Assembly: GCA_026391415.1 (NCBI GenBank) | Contig: JAPLEL010000098.1 | Span: 1,162 to 65,161, forward strand | Direction of reading: 5' to 3' | DNA length: 64,000 nt | Origin: Bacteroidota bacterium | GTDB taxonomy: Bacteria > Bacteroidota > Bacteroidia > Chitinophagales > Chitinophagaceae | Shown: positions 36,441 to 47,209 of the stretch, piece after piece | How the letters are laid out: each line of letters opens with the position of its first letter | Numbering within the stretch: position 1 is the stretch's first letter | Program-made: the position numbers and the translations under genes | The notes under the pieces: generated by a model | Seen by the model: the letters and a program-made list of their open reading frames with translations, nothing else | Databases searched by the model: none | Told to the model about the DNA's origin: nothing

Positions 36441-36524
36441 ACATCAATTTAAGCCTTTGAATCAAATTATAACCACCCTAAAATCTTTCTACTTTAAAAA
36501 CCAAAAACCATTTAATTTTACACC

Positions 36525-37112
36525 ATGTATCGCTTGTTAATTCCAATACTTTTTTTGTTTTTATGCAGCTGTGCACCTAGGCCCCATTATACCAATCCGC
36601 ATATTGCTATTCAAACAAAATATGGCGATATTGAATTGGAGTTGTATCCCAAACAAGCGCCCAAAACAGTGGCCGCTTTTTTAAGTTATATCGATTCGGG
36701 TTTTTATAATAATAGTAGTTTTTATAGGGTATTGAATATGGAAAATCAACCGTCAAATGCACCCAAAACCGAATTAATTCAAGGGGGCATTTGGAAAACC
36801 AATTATAAAAAAGCAGTAAGCGTAAAAGGCATTGACCACGAAAGCACCCAACAAACAAAAATACTTCATACCGAAGGAACCATCTCTTTGGCAAGGGCCG
36901 CACCGGGCACCGCAGGCACAGAATTTTTTATTGTGATTGGCAACCAACCCGGATTAGATGTTGGCGGCGAAAACTGCGAAGATCGTTTGGGCTATGCTGC
37001 TTTTGGAAGGGTTGTAAAAGGCCTTGACCTGGTTTTTAAAATATCTGGTCAAAAATCGAATGGGCAATATTTTTCGCCCATGGTAGACATTTATAATATC
37101 GTTAAACTATAA
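36525..37112 (+). CDS. cyclophilin-type peptidylprolyl isomerase (lipoprotein)
   Basis: Lipobox (FLFLCSC) and cyclophilin motifs (FYRV, GTISLARAAPGTAGTEFFI). Confidence 0.88.
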   Translation: MYRLLIPILFLFLCSCAPRPHYTNPHIAIQTKYGDIELELYPKQAPKTVAAFLSYIDSGFYNNSSFYRVLNMENQPSNAPKTELIQGGIWKTNYKKAVSVKGIDHESTQQTKILHTEGTISLARAAPGTAGTEFFIVIGNQPGLDVGGENCEDRLGYAAFGRVVKGLDLVFKISGQKSNGQYFSPMVDIYNIVKL

Positions 37113-37149
37113 GGGTTAATCTTTTTAACTTTGAGCACTAATTAGCCCC

Positions 37150-39189
37150 ATGCCCTTTCAACTCCATGCACCTTATTTACCCGCCGGCGACCAACCTTCT
37201 GCCATTGCGCAGTTAACAGAGGCTGTAAATAATGGAGAGCAATACCAAACACTATTGGGCGTAACGGGTAGTGGCAAAACATTTACTATTGCCAACCTTA
37301 TTCAAAACACCCAACGTCCTACCCTTGTATTAACGCATAACAAAACATTGGTGGCGCAATTGTATGGCGAGTTTAAACAGTTTTTTCCGGAGAATGCTGT
37401 GGGTTATTTTGTAAGTTATTACGACTACTATCAGCCCGAAGCATATATGCCCGTCACTGGCACCTACATTGAAAAAGATTTAAGCATCAACGAAGAGTTA
37501 GACAAACTTCGATTACAAGCAACCACCCAATTGCTTAGTGGTCGAAGAGATATTATTGTGGTAGCGAGCGTGAGTTGTATTTATGGAATGGGTAACCCTA
37601 CCGAATACGAGAACGGAATTATCAGAATAGAAAAAGGCCAAGTTTTATCGCGCCAAGGATTTTTGCACGCATTGGTAAACTCTTTGTACAACCGCTCTCA
37701 AGGCGATTTTAGCAGGGGAACTTTTCGTGTAAAAGGCGATACTGTTGACATTAATTTACCCTATGTTGATTTTGGTTATCGCGTAACTTTTTTTGGCGAT
37801 GAAATAGAAGAAATTGAAAGCATTGAAACCGAAACAAGTAAGCGCATTGGTTTGATGGATTCGGCGGCTATTTTTCCTGCAACACTTTATTTGGCCCCTA
37901 AAGACATGATTTTGCAAGTCATGCACGAAATTCAAGACGAGATGATGGCGCAGGTAGCATATTTTAAAAGCACAGGAAAATTTGTAGAAGCGCAACGCAT
38001 AAAAGAAAGAGTAGAATACGATATTGAAATGATTCGCGAATTGGGATATTGTAGTGGTATTGAAAACTATTCTAGATTTTTTGATCGACGAAAACCAGGT
38101 ACTCGCCCCTTCTGTTTACTCGATTATTTTCCGAAAGATTTTTTATTGGTGGTTGATGAAAGTCACCAAACGATTCCACAAATTGCTGGTATGTATGGTG
38201 GAGATAGAAGTAGAAAATTAGTATTGGTTGAATATGGTTTTCGCTTGCCGAGTGCCATAGATAACCGCCCGCTAAATTTTCACGAATTTGAAAGCATTAC
38301 TGGACAAACTGTTTTTGTTAGTGCTACACCCAGCGATTATGAATTAGAAAAAACAGGTGGCGTAGTAGTTGAACAAGTGGTTCGTCCTACCGGATTATTA
38401 GACCCGCCAATTCAAATAAGACCAAGTGTAAATCAGATAGATGATTTATTAGACGAGATTGATAGAACGGTAAAAAAAGGCGATCGAATTTTGGTTACCA
38501 CACTTACTAAAAGAATGGCCGAAGAGATGGATAAATACTTGGGCCGAATTAATATTAAATCGAAATATATTCACAGCGATGTGGATACGCTTGAGCGCAT
38601 AGAAATACTACGGATGTTGCGTTTGGGAGAAATTGATGTATTGGTGGGTGTGAATTTATTAAGAGAAGGGTTAGACCTTCCCGAAGTATCATTGGTGGCT
38701 ATTTTAGATGCAGACAAAGAAGGATTTTTGCGCAATGAAAAATCACTTACACAAACTGCCGGACGTGCGGCAAGAAATGTTGATGGGTTTGTTATTTTTT
38801 ATGCCGATAAAGTAACCATGAGTATGCAACGCACCATGGATGAAACACTTCGTCGCAGAGAAAAACAAATTGCATTTAACATAGCCAACAATATTATACC
38901 AACAACCATTATAAAAAGTAAAGAACAAATATTTGCGCAAGGATCGGTGTTAGATATTAAAGGATACGATCCGTCAAACCCTTATGCATTGCAAAGAGAG
39001 TCGCAAATTGTTGCGTCTAAAATAGCCGAAGAACAAACTAATTATCAAACCATTCCTCAGGTAGAAAAAGCCATTCAATCCACTAAAAAAGAAATGGAAA
39101 AAGCAGCGCGCGATTTAGATTTTATAGAAGCCGCTATATTAAGAGACGAAATGTTTCGCCTACAAAAAGAACTAGCCGCCATGAAATAA
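37150..39189 (+). CDS. uvrB: excinuclease ABC subunit B
   Basis: Walker A motif GVTGSGKTF, helicase motifs (VDESHQT) and a C-terminal UVR domain (FIEAAILRDEMFRLQKEL). Confidence 0.97.
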   Translation: MPFQLHAPYLPAGDQPSAIAQLTEAVNNGEQYQTLLGVTGSGKTFTIANLIQNTQRPTLVLTHNKTLVAQLYGEFKQFFPENAVGYFVSYYDYYQPEAYMPVTGTYIEKDLSINEELDKLRLQATTQLLSGRRDIIVVASVSCIYGMGNPTEYENGIIRIEKGQVLSRQGFLHALVNSLYNRSQGDFSRGTFRVKGDTVDINLPYVDFGYRVTFFGDEIEEIESIETETSKRIGLMDSAAIFPATLYLAPKDMILQVMHEIQDEMMAQVAYFKSTGKFVEAQRIKERVEYDIEMIRELGYCSGIENYSRFFDRRKPGTRPFCLLDYFPKDFLLVVDESHQTIPQIAGMYGGDRSRKLVLVEYGFRLPSAIDNRPLNFHEFESITGQTVFVSATPSDYELEKTGGVVVEQVVRPTGLLDPPIQIRPSVNQIDDLLDEIDRTVKKGDRILVTTLTKRMAEEMDKYLGRINIKSKYIHSDVDTLERIEILRMLRLGEIDVLVGVNLLREGLDLPEVSLVAILDADKEGFLRNEKSLTQTAGRAARNVDGFVIFYADKVTMSMQRTMDETLRRREKQIAFNIANNIIPTTIIKSKEQIFAQGSVLDIKGYDPSNPYALQRESQIVASKIAEEQTNYQTIPQVEKAIQSTKKEMEKAARDLDFIEAAILRDEMFRLQKELAAMK

Positions 39190-39197
39190 TTGGCCCA

Positions 39198-40664
39198 TTA
39201 TTGATTCGTTCTAAATGGTATTGCTGGCAAGCCCGCGTTGTTAAATAAATTAGGTTGTGCGGTTTCGTCCCAGGCAAATCGAACCTGTGTTGGTGCTAAT
39301 ACAGTGGGTGCTGAAACAATAATTTTTTTACCATTTATTTTTGCGGAGGCAGGCACAAAATTTCCATCGGCTCCTGCAATAGAAAACCAACTTAAGTCGG
39401 TAGCATCTTTAATAGTTAATCCAGATGTGGCGTGCGTAAATGATAGCGCAATGCTTCCTTTATTAATTTTCATTGATGCGTATTTTGGTCCTGAAAATTC
39501 TGTTTGCTTTTCGCCATAAAGTTTTGCCATGGCTAGGCTTACCAATCGGTGTGCAACAATCCATTTGTATGGCGGATGAATATCACCCAAATCTGTTACT
39601 AGGTCGGTGGTTACTACCATCCCCGAGTTTTTAATACTTAAGGAACTAGTTTGAACCTCCCAAAATTCAGGTAATGATTGTGCTGTATGCGCCAAAAGGT
39701 CTTTGCGTTTTGTATAAAGATGTGGTGCTAGTTGTACATAATACATGGGTATTTTTTTGTCATTAAAAAGGCCACGCCAGGTGTTGGTTAATAAACTAAA
39801 TTTTGCTGCGTAGGTTGCATGATCGTGAATGATTAAATCAGATTCGCCTTGGTACCATAAAATTCCTTTTATAGCAAGCGGCAACATTGGTTTAATCATG
39901 GCATTAAACATTTGTCCAGGATGCACGCCATCAATTTTAAAATCGGGTGTTTGCGCAGAATCTTTAAATATTGGAGATTGTTGGTAAGCCCAATCGGGAA
40001 TCCAAGGTTCAATTCTAGTGCCACCCCAAGAAGATGAAATTATGCCAATAGGAATACCGGTTTTTTCTGCAATTTCTTTTGCAAAAAAGTAGCCAATTGC
40101 GGTAACTAATTTAACCCCAGAATCGTTTCCATTAATCCATCCTATGGAAGGTAATTCGGGTTGTTTTTTTAGGTTTCTATCAACATTGATATATCGAATA
40201 ATGGGCAACCTGTTTTTGTTTTCCATTTCTATCAGGCCCTCATCGGTTCCTTTGTTTCCCGCCTTGTATCTTTTAGAAACACGGTCTAATGGATACTCCA
40301 TATTTGATTGACCAGAACATAGCCAAACATCACCCACTAATACATTTGTAAAAACAAGGGTAGTACTAGCATTAATAGTAAGGTCTTTATTAATAGTAGA
40401 AACTTGCAAGGGTTTTAACCAAATTTTCCAAACACCATTTTCGGCCGTAACCGTTGATTTTTTTTGTGTATCAAAACTAACCGTTACTGTTGCACCAGGT
40501 TTTTCTTTACCCCAAATAACCACTGGTTTATTTCTCTGTAATACCATATTGTTAGAGAACACAGGCGATACAGATAATTGTGCAAACGAGTTGCTGCTAA
40601 TAATTATTACTAAAAAAAATAAAATAAAGCGCAACGGATTTTTAAATTTTATCATGGCAAACAA
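39198..40664 (-). CDS. sialate O-acetylesterase-like carbohydrate esterase
   Basis: Signal peptide and the GDVWLCSGQSNME motif typical of this SGNH-like esterase family. Confidence 0.75.
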   Translation of the reverse strand: MFAMIKFKNPLRFILFFLVIIISSNSFAQLSVSPVFSNNMVLQRNKPVVIWGKEKPGATVTVSFDTQKKSTVTAENGVWKIWLKPLQVSTINKDLTINASTTLVFTNVLVGDVWLCSGQSNMEYPLDRVSKRYKAGNKGTDEGLIEMENKNRLPIIRYINVDRNLKKQPELPSIGWINGNDSGVKLVTAIGYFFAKEIAEKTGIPIGIISSSWGGTRIEPWIPDWAYQQSPIFKDSAQTPDFKIDGVHPGQMFNAMIKPMLPLAIKGILWYQGESDLIIHDHATYAAKFSLLTNTWRGLFNDKKIPMYYVQLAPHLYTKRKDLLAHTAQSLPEFWEVQTSSLSIKNSGMVVTTDLVTDLGDIHPPYKWIVAHRLVSLAMAKLYGEKQTEFSGPKYASMKINKGSIALSFTHATSGLTIKDATDLSWFSIAGADGNFVPASAKINGKKIIVSAPTVLAPTQVRFAWDETAQPNLFNNAGLPAIPFRTNQ

Positions 40665-40680
40665 ATGTTAATTGGGTTAA

Positions 40681-43600
40681 TTATTTTACGGCTGCACTAA
40701 TTTTATTTTTAAGCGCTGTCCATTTATTTATAAGCAATACTAGTTGATCTTTTGTTTGTTTAATAGCATTGGTTGTTTGTGTTGTTGGCGTCATTTCGGT
40801 ATGGTGTACATTACCAAATAATCCTGCAAAACTTGCTTCTACCGATCCAAAACTAGCACTTGATTCTGCGGCCGCTCTTCTGCTTCTGCGCGCGCCATCT
40901 AATGCTGCTACTTCTTGTTCTAAAGCCTTTAAATCGGATGCATTAGCACCCGCTTTTTCTATTTTATCTTGCAACATTTTTCTTGCTGCAGTAATAGCTT
41001 CCATACTTTCGCGTGCGGTTAATCGACCTTCATAACAATCCATTGAAAGCGCGTGTTGTTTTTGTAAATCAGCCATGCTATTTTTTACACGCGGATCCAT
41101 TTTAATGCTAAATGTTTGAGAAGTAGATTTTCCATTCACGGTAAGTTTCGCAGTATAATTTCCAGGCAAAACCCAGGGTGCATTTTTTTCTGGTGCGGTG
41201 TTTTCATAAATCGCTGTCATTGGAAAAGACACTGGTTCGTCAATTGGTTTGTAATGCATATCCCATAAAAAACGATGTGCTCCTGCCGCAGCAGATAATA
41301 TTTGTTGTGGACGAATCCAATACAGTGGAATATTTAGTTCGGGAATTTTATAAGGCTTGTCGAGGCTACTAAATTTGCGTAGCGATTTTCCGGTAGCATC
41401 TAAAATTTCTAAACGTACTTCGCTTGAAACATTGTCTGCTAAATAATAATCAAGAACCGCGCCGTCGGGTGGATTTTGTCCGGCTGGTTCTTCTTGCGGC
41501 ATTGGTGTATCGGTATTCATATTCCAACGTACACGTAATGCTTGTTGTGGTTTGAATAAAATAGCTTTTTCTGCTGCAAGGTTTTTGTTGATTTGGCGCA
41601 ATGGCGTAATATCATCTAAAATCCAAAATCCGCGGCCATGCGTTCCTAATACTAAGTCGTCGTCTTTAATGACTAAATCACGAATAGAAGTTGGCGGCAT
41701 ATTTAAACGTAATGACTGCCAGTTTTCGCCATCATCAAAAGATACATACACCGCATTTTCAGACCCTGCAAATAATAAGCCCTTTCGAATAGGGTCTTCT
41801 CTCACCACATTAATTGGTTCGTTTTCTGGAAGGCCTTTGGTTATTAACTGCCAGGTTTTTCCACCGTTTGTGGTTTTGTAAGCATAAGGATGCATATCGT
41901 CGCAACGAATTCGGTTCACCGCTGCATAGGCTGTGTTTACGTCGGTATGACTCGCTTCCATTAGTGATACTTTGCTCCAAGAACTAATGGCAGGAGGTGT
42001 TACGTTTGTCCAAGTTTTTCCGCCATCGTGCGTTACTTGAATATAACCATCGTCGGTTCCGGCCCAAATAGTATTGATGTCTTTAAACGAAGGAGCGACA
42101 GTATAAATCACTCCACGACGTGGCATTTTCTTTAAATCATCTGTTGTATAGATACCAACGCTGGCTGGTATATCCCAAGACTCTCTGGTTAAATCGGGGC
42201 TAATGGTTTCCCAACTATTTCCACCATCCCTGGTTTTAAACAATACGTTTCCTGCATAATACAATGTTTTAGGATCGATAGGAGAAAACAATACCGGAGC
42301 AGTTCTTATAAAACGGTATTTGCCAGATCGAACAGCTTCGGGTGCTATGTTTTGTACCTGACCAGTTCTTTTATCGTACTTGGTAATTTTTCCGCCGTAA
42401 ATAATATTAGGATCAAGTGGATCTGGGGCAATATAGCCGTACTCTTCTACACCCACCGGATGCCATTCGCGCAAAGAAATTTGTCCGTCATTTCCTCGAG
42501 ATGACACACTAGCCGAACCACTTTCTTGCTGCCCTCCGTAAACATTATACGGAAATGCATTGTCGGTATTTACATGGTAAAATTGTGCGGTTGGTTGGTT
42601 ATACCACGACGAAAAAGTTTCTCCGCCATTCACGGTAACAATTCCACCCTGATCAAGGGCTATCAACATAATTTTTGTATCGTTCGGGTTAATCCAAATA
42701 CGGTGATAATCATCTCCGCCTGGCGCTCCTCTAAATCCGGTAAAGGTTTTTGCACCATCCACCGATTTCCAAGTAACCACATTGGCGGTGTAAACTATTT
42801 CTGCATTTTTAGGATCTACACGTACTTCTGCAAAATCACTACCTCTTCCCCAAAAACGTCCGTCGGGATTGATATTGATCCAAGAATCGCCTGCATCATC
42901 GCTTCTATAAATGCCGCCTTTATCGCCTGCATCTACGGTAGCGTATATGCGTTTACTATTGGTTGGCGCAATATCAAAACCAATGCGTCCTAAACCTTCG
43001 GCGGGTGTGGGTAATCCCTTGGTTAATTTTTTCCAAGTATTTCCGCCGTCAATTGATTTGTATAAACCAGATTCGGTTCCGTTCCAAGCACCGTTTTCCC
43101 AAGGACCTTGTCGGCCAGCCCATAAATCGGCATATAAAATATTCGAATTATTAGGATCAAAACTTACTTGAATAGCGCCTGTGTTTTCGTCTTTATATAA
43201 AATACGCTCCCAGTTTTTTCCACCGTCTAAACTTCTATAAACACCTCGCTCGGTATTGGGTCCATAAGGATGCCCTAGTACGGCCACAAAAACACGGTTT
43301 TCATTTTTGGGATCAATAATAATATCGCCAATTTGCTGTCCGTCTTTTAAACCCATATTGGTCCAGGTTTTTCCCGCATCAGATGATTTATAAACCCCAT
43401 CTCCCACAGACAAATCGGGTCTTTGAATGCCTTCGCCACATCCTACAAAAACAATATTTGGGTTCGATTCCGAAACAGCAATATCTCCAACAGAACCGGT
43501 ATTCATTTTATCGAAAATCGGCTTCCATACTCGGCCGTAGTCATTGGTTTTCCAAACACCACCATTGTTTACGCCAATATAAAAAACACTTGGTTGCGAT

Positions 43601-43773
43601 GGAACGCCAACAGCACCAACGGTTCTGCCGCCTCTGTGTGGCCCAATCATTCTGTATTCCATTGCACCGAAATACCGATTACTAAATGGTTGTGCAATTG
43701 TTTGAAGGGCGCAACCAAGCAAAATCAATACTAAAATAACCAGTTTGGTGCGAAGGTTTTGTAGATAGCTCAT
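40681..43773 (-). CDS. secreted BNR/Asp-box repeat protein (sortilin/VPS10-like, GH74-like fold)
   Basis: 1030 aa with a signal peptide and many S-x-D-x-G-x-T-W Asp-box repeats (SSDAGKTWT, SLDGGKNWE, SIDGGNTWK, THDGGKTWT, TTNGGKTWQ). Confidence 0.8.
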   Translation of the reverse strand: MSYLQNLRTKLVILVLILLGCALQTIAQPFSNRYFGAMEYRMIGPHRGGRTVGAVGVPSQPSVFYIGVNNGGVWKTNDYGRVWKPIFDKMNTGSVGDIAVSESNPNIVFVGCGEGIQRPDLSVGDGVYKSSDAGKTWTNMGLKDGQQIGDIIIDPKNENRVFVAVLGHPYGPNTERGVYRSLDGGKNWERILYKDENTGAIQVSFDPNNSNILYADLWAGRQGPWENGAWNGTESGLYKSIDGGNTWKKLTKGLPTPAEGLGRIGFDIAPTNSKRIYATVDAGDKGGIYRSDDAGDSWININPDGRFWGRGSDFAEVRVDPKNAEIVYTANVVTWKSVDGAKTFTGFRGAPGGDDYHRIWINPNDTKIMLIALDQGGIVTVNGGETFSSWYNQPTAQFYHVNTDNAFPYNVYGGQQESGSASVSSRGNDGQISLREWHPVGVEEYGYIAPDPLDPNIIYGGKITKYDKRTGQVQNIAPEAVRSGKYRFIRTAPVLFSPIDPKTLYYAGNVLFKTRDGGNSWETISPDLTRESWDIPASVGIYTTDDLKKMPRRGVIYTVAPSFKDINTIWAGTDDGYIQVTHDGGKTWTNVTPPAISSWSKVSLMEASHTDVNTAYAAVNRIRCDDMHPYAYKTTNGGKTWQLITKGLPENEPINVVREDPIRKGLLFAGSENAVYVSFDDGENWQSLRLNMPPTSIRDLVIKDDDLVLGTHGRGFWILDDITPLRQINKNLAAEKAILFKPQQALRVRWNMNTDTPMPQEEPAGQNPPDGAVLDYYLADNVSSEVRLEILDATGKSLRKFSSLDKPYKIPELNIPLYWIRPQQILSAAAGAHRFLWDMHYKPIDEPVSFPMTAIYENTAPEKNAPWVLPGNYTAKLTVNGKSTSQTFSIKMDPRVKNSMADLQKQHALSMDCYEGRLTARESMEAITAARKMLQDKIEKAGANASDLKALEQEVAALDGARRSRRAAAESSASFGSVEASFAGLFGNVHHTEMTPTTQTTNAIKQTKDQLVLLINKWTALKNKISAAVK

Positions 43774-43951
43774 GGCGGATAGATTTATATTTAGCCAAGT
43801 TACTAAAGAAAGGCATTATAAATTTATCTGTATGACCGAGGTTTTGGCACCAAGGCGGCTTGACTTGTTAAGCTTTAACGATTTATGAGAAGTTTGCACA
43901 ATTGTTTTCCACGTTTTAATTTTCAACAACGCATCTGTTTATCTTGCACCC

Positions 43952-46306
43952 ATGCAGGAGTATCTTAAGGGATTGAATGAGCCACAACACGAAGCAGTGA
44001 TCCATATAACCGGGCCAATTATGATTGTGGCAGGCGCGGGAAGCGGAAAAACAAAGGTTTTAACCACCAGAATTGCGCATTTAATGGCCAATGGGGTGGA
44101 TGCTTTTAATATATTGGCGCTCACTTTTACCAATAAGGCGGCGGCAGAAATGAAGGAAAGAATTGAAAAGATTCTGGGTAATTCAGAGGCGCGCAACCTA
44201 TATATTGGTACATTCCACAGTGTATTTGCAAGAATTTTACGCGCAGAAGCTCATCGGTTGGGTTATCCTAGAAACTTTACCATTTATGACACCGATGATA
44301 GCCGCTCTGTTATAAAAACCGTAGTAAACGAATTAAACCTCGACGATAAACACTACAAAGCCAATGTAGTAGGCAATAGAATTTCTCAGGCAAAAAATGC
44401 ACTGATGGGTCCTGGAGCATATGCGGTGGATTATTATGTTCAACAAGAAGATATGCGGGCCAACAGACAAGCAATGGCACAGATTTATTTAGCCTATACT
44501 AATCGATGTTTTAAGAATGGTGCGATGGATTTTGATGATCTGTTGTTAAAGATGCACGAACTCTTAAATAGTTTTCCAGAAGCATTACACAAATACCAAC
44601 ACAAGTTTAAGTACATACTAATTGATGAGTACCAAGATACCAATCCAGTGCAGTATGAAATTTCAAAACTCTTGGCAGCGGTGCACGAAAACATTTGTGT
44701 GGTAGGAGACGACGCACAAAGTATTTATAGTTTTAGGGGAGCAACCATTGAAAATATTTTACAATTTCAAAAAGATTACGACGATGTAAAAATTGTTAAA
44801 CTCGAACAAAATTATCGAAGTAGTAAAAATATTATTCATGTTGCCAACGAAGTGATTAAAGTAAACCAAGGACAGATTCCAAAGAATTTATGGACAGATA
44901 ATAATGAAGGAGAAAAGATTCGATTGGTGCGCACCATGACCGATAATGACGAAGGAAAATTTGTGGCAGATACCATTCAAGAACAAAAATTACGCAACCA
45001 TTTTTATAACCAAGATTTTGCCATTTTATATCGCACCAATGCGCAGAGTAGGGCTTATGAAGAAAGCTTGCGCAGAATGGGAATTGCTTATAGAATTTAT
45101 GGTGGAACAAGTTTTTATCAGCGCAAAGAAATTAAAGATTTTTTAGCTTATTTGCGCGTTATTGTAAACACCCAAGACGAAGAAGGATTAAAAAGAATTA
45201 TTAATTATCCAGCACGCGGAATTGGTAAAACATCTATTGAAAAATTAGTGATTGCGGCCAACGAAAATGAGCTGTCGATGTTTGATGTAGTGGCGCGTGC
45301 AGGCGAGTTTGGTTTTAAAGGCGGCACACTAGAAGCGTTACAGAATTTTGTAACAATGATTCGTTATTTTCAAACGCTTCAGAAAGAAAAAAACGCCTAC
45401 GATTTAGCTATTCAAGTTGGTAAGCACACCAATATTGTAAAAGAATTATTTAGCGATAAAACCACCGAAGGTTTGGCGCGTTACGAGAATATTCAAGAGA
45501 TACTTAACTCCATAAAAGAGTGGACCGAAAGCCCTAGTAATGACGATGGAGAATTAGGTGATAAAAGCCTTGGATCTTATTTACAACAAATTAGTTTGGT
45601 AACTGATGCAGACGACAACAAAGCAGAAACAGATGTGGTAAAACTAATGACCATTCATGCTGCAAAAGGTTTAGAGTTTAGTTGTGTATTTGTTGGAGGA
45701 ATAGAAGAAACATTATTCCCCAATGCCATGAGCATTAATACCCGCGAAGAGTTAGAAGAAGAACGCCGATTGTTTTATGTGGCCATCACAAGGGCCAAAC
45801 AACATTTGTGGTTAACTTATGCCAACTCGCGCTATCGTTTTGGTCAGCTAGTGCAAAACGAACCCAGCCGATTTATTGATGAAATGCCGGCAGACTATAT
45901 AGACAAAACCTATGCTGGTGGCGGTGCTAGAAATAATTCTGGAAGCCAATGGGGTAGCGGTATTCAACGTATGCAAAATAATTCGGGTTTTGGTAATTCA
46001 GCAGCATCAGCAGAAAAAAAATATGGTGCACCTCCTGCAAAAAAACCAACAACTACAAAACCAGAATATTTACCCATAGTTCCTCCTTCTACAAAAGTAG
46101 TAGCACACCAAGCCGGAGCAGATTTTGTTGCTAGTGATACAAGTGGTTTACAAGCTGGTCAAAAAGTAGAACACCAAAAATTTGGATTTGGAATTGTTGG
46201 AAAAATTGAGGGTTCTGCACACAATCCAATTGCTACCATTCAGTTTGAATTAAACGGCGAAAAGAAGATCATGTTGAATTATGCGAAGTTGAGAATAGTA
46301 TTGTAA
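43952..46306 (+). CDS. uvrD: UvrD/PcrA/Rep-family ATP-dependent DNA helicase
   Basis: Motifs AGAGSGKT, DEYQDTN, VGDDAQSIYSFRGA and TIHAAKGLEF. The exact ortholog (UvrD versus PcrA naming) is not resolved. Confidence 0.9.
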   Translation: MQEYLKGLNEPQHEAVIHITGPIMIVAGAGSGKTKVLTTRIAHLMANGVDAFNILALTFTNKAAAEMKERIEKILGNSEARNLYIGTFHSVFARILRAEAHRLGYPRNFTIYDTDDSRSVIKTVVNELNLDDKHYKANVVGNRISQAKNALMGPGAYAVDYYVQQEDMRANRQAMAQIYLAYTNRCFKNGAMDFDDLLLKMHELLNSFPEALHKYQHKFKYILIDEYQDTNPVQYEISKLLAAVHENICVVGDDAQSIYSFRGATIENILQFQKDYDDVKIVKLEQNYRSSKNIIHVANEVIKVNQGQIPKNLWTDNNEGEKIRLVRTMTDNDEGKFVADTIQEQKLRNHFYNQDFAILYRTNAQSRAYEESLRRMGIAYRIYGGTSFYQRKEIKDFLAYLRVIVNTQDEEGLKRIINYPARGIGKTSIEKLVIAANENELSMFDVVARAGEFGFKGGTLEALQNFVTMIRYFQTLQKEKNAYDLAIQVGKHTNIVKELFSDKTTEGLARYENIQEILNSIKEWTESPSNDDGELGDKSLGSYLQQISLVTDADDNKAETDVVKLMTIHAAKGLEFSCVFVGGIEETLFPNAMSINTREELEEERRLFYVAITRAKQHLWLTYANSRYRFGQLVQNEPSRFIDEMPADYIDKTYAGGGARNNSGSQWGSGIQRMQNNSGFGNSAASAEKKYGAPPAKKPTTTKPEYLPIVPPSTKVVAHQAGADFVASDTSGLQAGQKVEHQKFGFGIVGKIEGSAHNPIATIQFELNGEKKIMLNYAKLRIVL

Positions 46307-46594
46307 TAATTGTTTTTTTGATTCTACTCTTATAATAGAGTGAATGGTTTCTTGTGCAGTGGTAAACCAATCGAAGACTCAGTAGGATAGGCATAGAATG
46401 TAAAACCGGTTGAAATATTGACTCGGCCGCAAATTAAACGTCTATAAACGGTTAGATAGATTTTCGATATCCGAAAATTATGGCATAGTGGTCACTTCTA
46501 TTGTTTTGAATGAACCATCCCTGACTGCTTTTGTTTAAATTTGCCCGAGTAATTTAGCTGGCAAAAGCCAATAAATTGGTTAAAAAACAAGATT

Positions 46595-47194
46595 ATGATT
46601 AAAACAGGCAACCCAATTATTAGTATTTACACCGAAATGACGCCCAACCCAGAAACCATGAAGTTTGTTGCAAACAAGCTGTTGTATCCTGGAAAAAGCA
46701 TTGATTTTGCAGACGAAACCTTGGCTGGGCCTTCTCCATTAGCAAAAGAACTATTTAGCTTTCCTTTTATAAAAAGCGTGTTTATTGCTAGTAATTTTAT
46801 TACCCTAACCAAAAGTTCCGACACAGAAGACTGGCAAGATATTATTGCACCAGTTAAAACGTTTTTGAAAGAGTATCTAGAAAATGGTGGCGTAGTGGTT
46901 AATGACGAAGAGGTTGCCAAAGTAAAACAAGAAGCAACCAATATTGTTAGTGCCGATGACGATGATATTGTAAAACGTGTGAAAGAATTATTGGAGAACT
47001 ATGTAAAACCAGCCGTTGAAATGGACGGGGGTGCTATTCAGTTTAAAAGCTATAACGACGGCGTAGTAAACCTAATGCTACAAGGTAGTTGCAGTGGTTG
47101 TCCTTCTTCAATGATTACGCTAAAAGCTGGTATTGAAGGAATGATGAAGCGCATGATTCCAGAAGTAACAGAAGTAGTTGCCGAAGCGGAATAA
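46595..47194 (+). CDS. NifU-family Fe-S cluster protein (Nfu type)
   Basis: C-terminal NifU domain with a CxxC motif (LQGSCSGCPSS). Confidence 0.85.
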   Translation: MIKTGNPIISIYTEMTPNPETMKFVANKLLYPGKSIDFADETLAGPSPLAKELFSFPFIKSVFIASNFITLTKSSDTEDWQDIIAPVKTFLKEYLENGGVVVNDEEVAKVKQEATNIVSADDDDIVKRVKELLENYVKPAVEMDGGAIQFKSYNDGVVNLMLQGSCSGCPSSMITLKAGIEGMMKRMIPEVTEVVAEAE

Positions 47195-47209
47195 TATGCC
47201 AACCAAAAA

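Larger units (their letters stand above)
19344..36524 (-). mobile_element. accessory island: integron-like cassette array plus embedded PUL and terminal tyrosine recombinase
   Basis: Bounded by housekeeping genes (PhzF family, cyclophilin). Contains a recombinase, three TA loci or remnants, a Fic protein, a nuclease fusion and a family of attC-like palindromes. The boundaries are approximate. Confidence 0.5.

Noticed and set aside
42526-43734. Cluster of plus-strand ORFs (63-155 aa) opposite the BNR-repeat gene
   Set aside because: They are antisense to a 1030-aa ORF with many Asp-box repeats. Their sequences are low-complexity and have no recognisable motifs.
43939-44196. 85-aa minus-strand ORF across the helicase start
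   Set aside because: It is antisense to the Walker A region of the UvrD-type helicase and is not supported by any motif.
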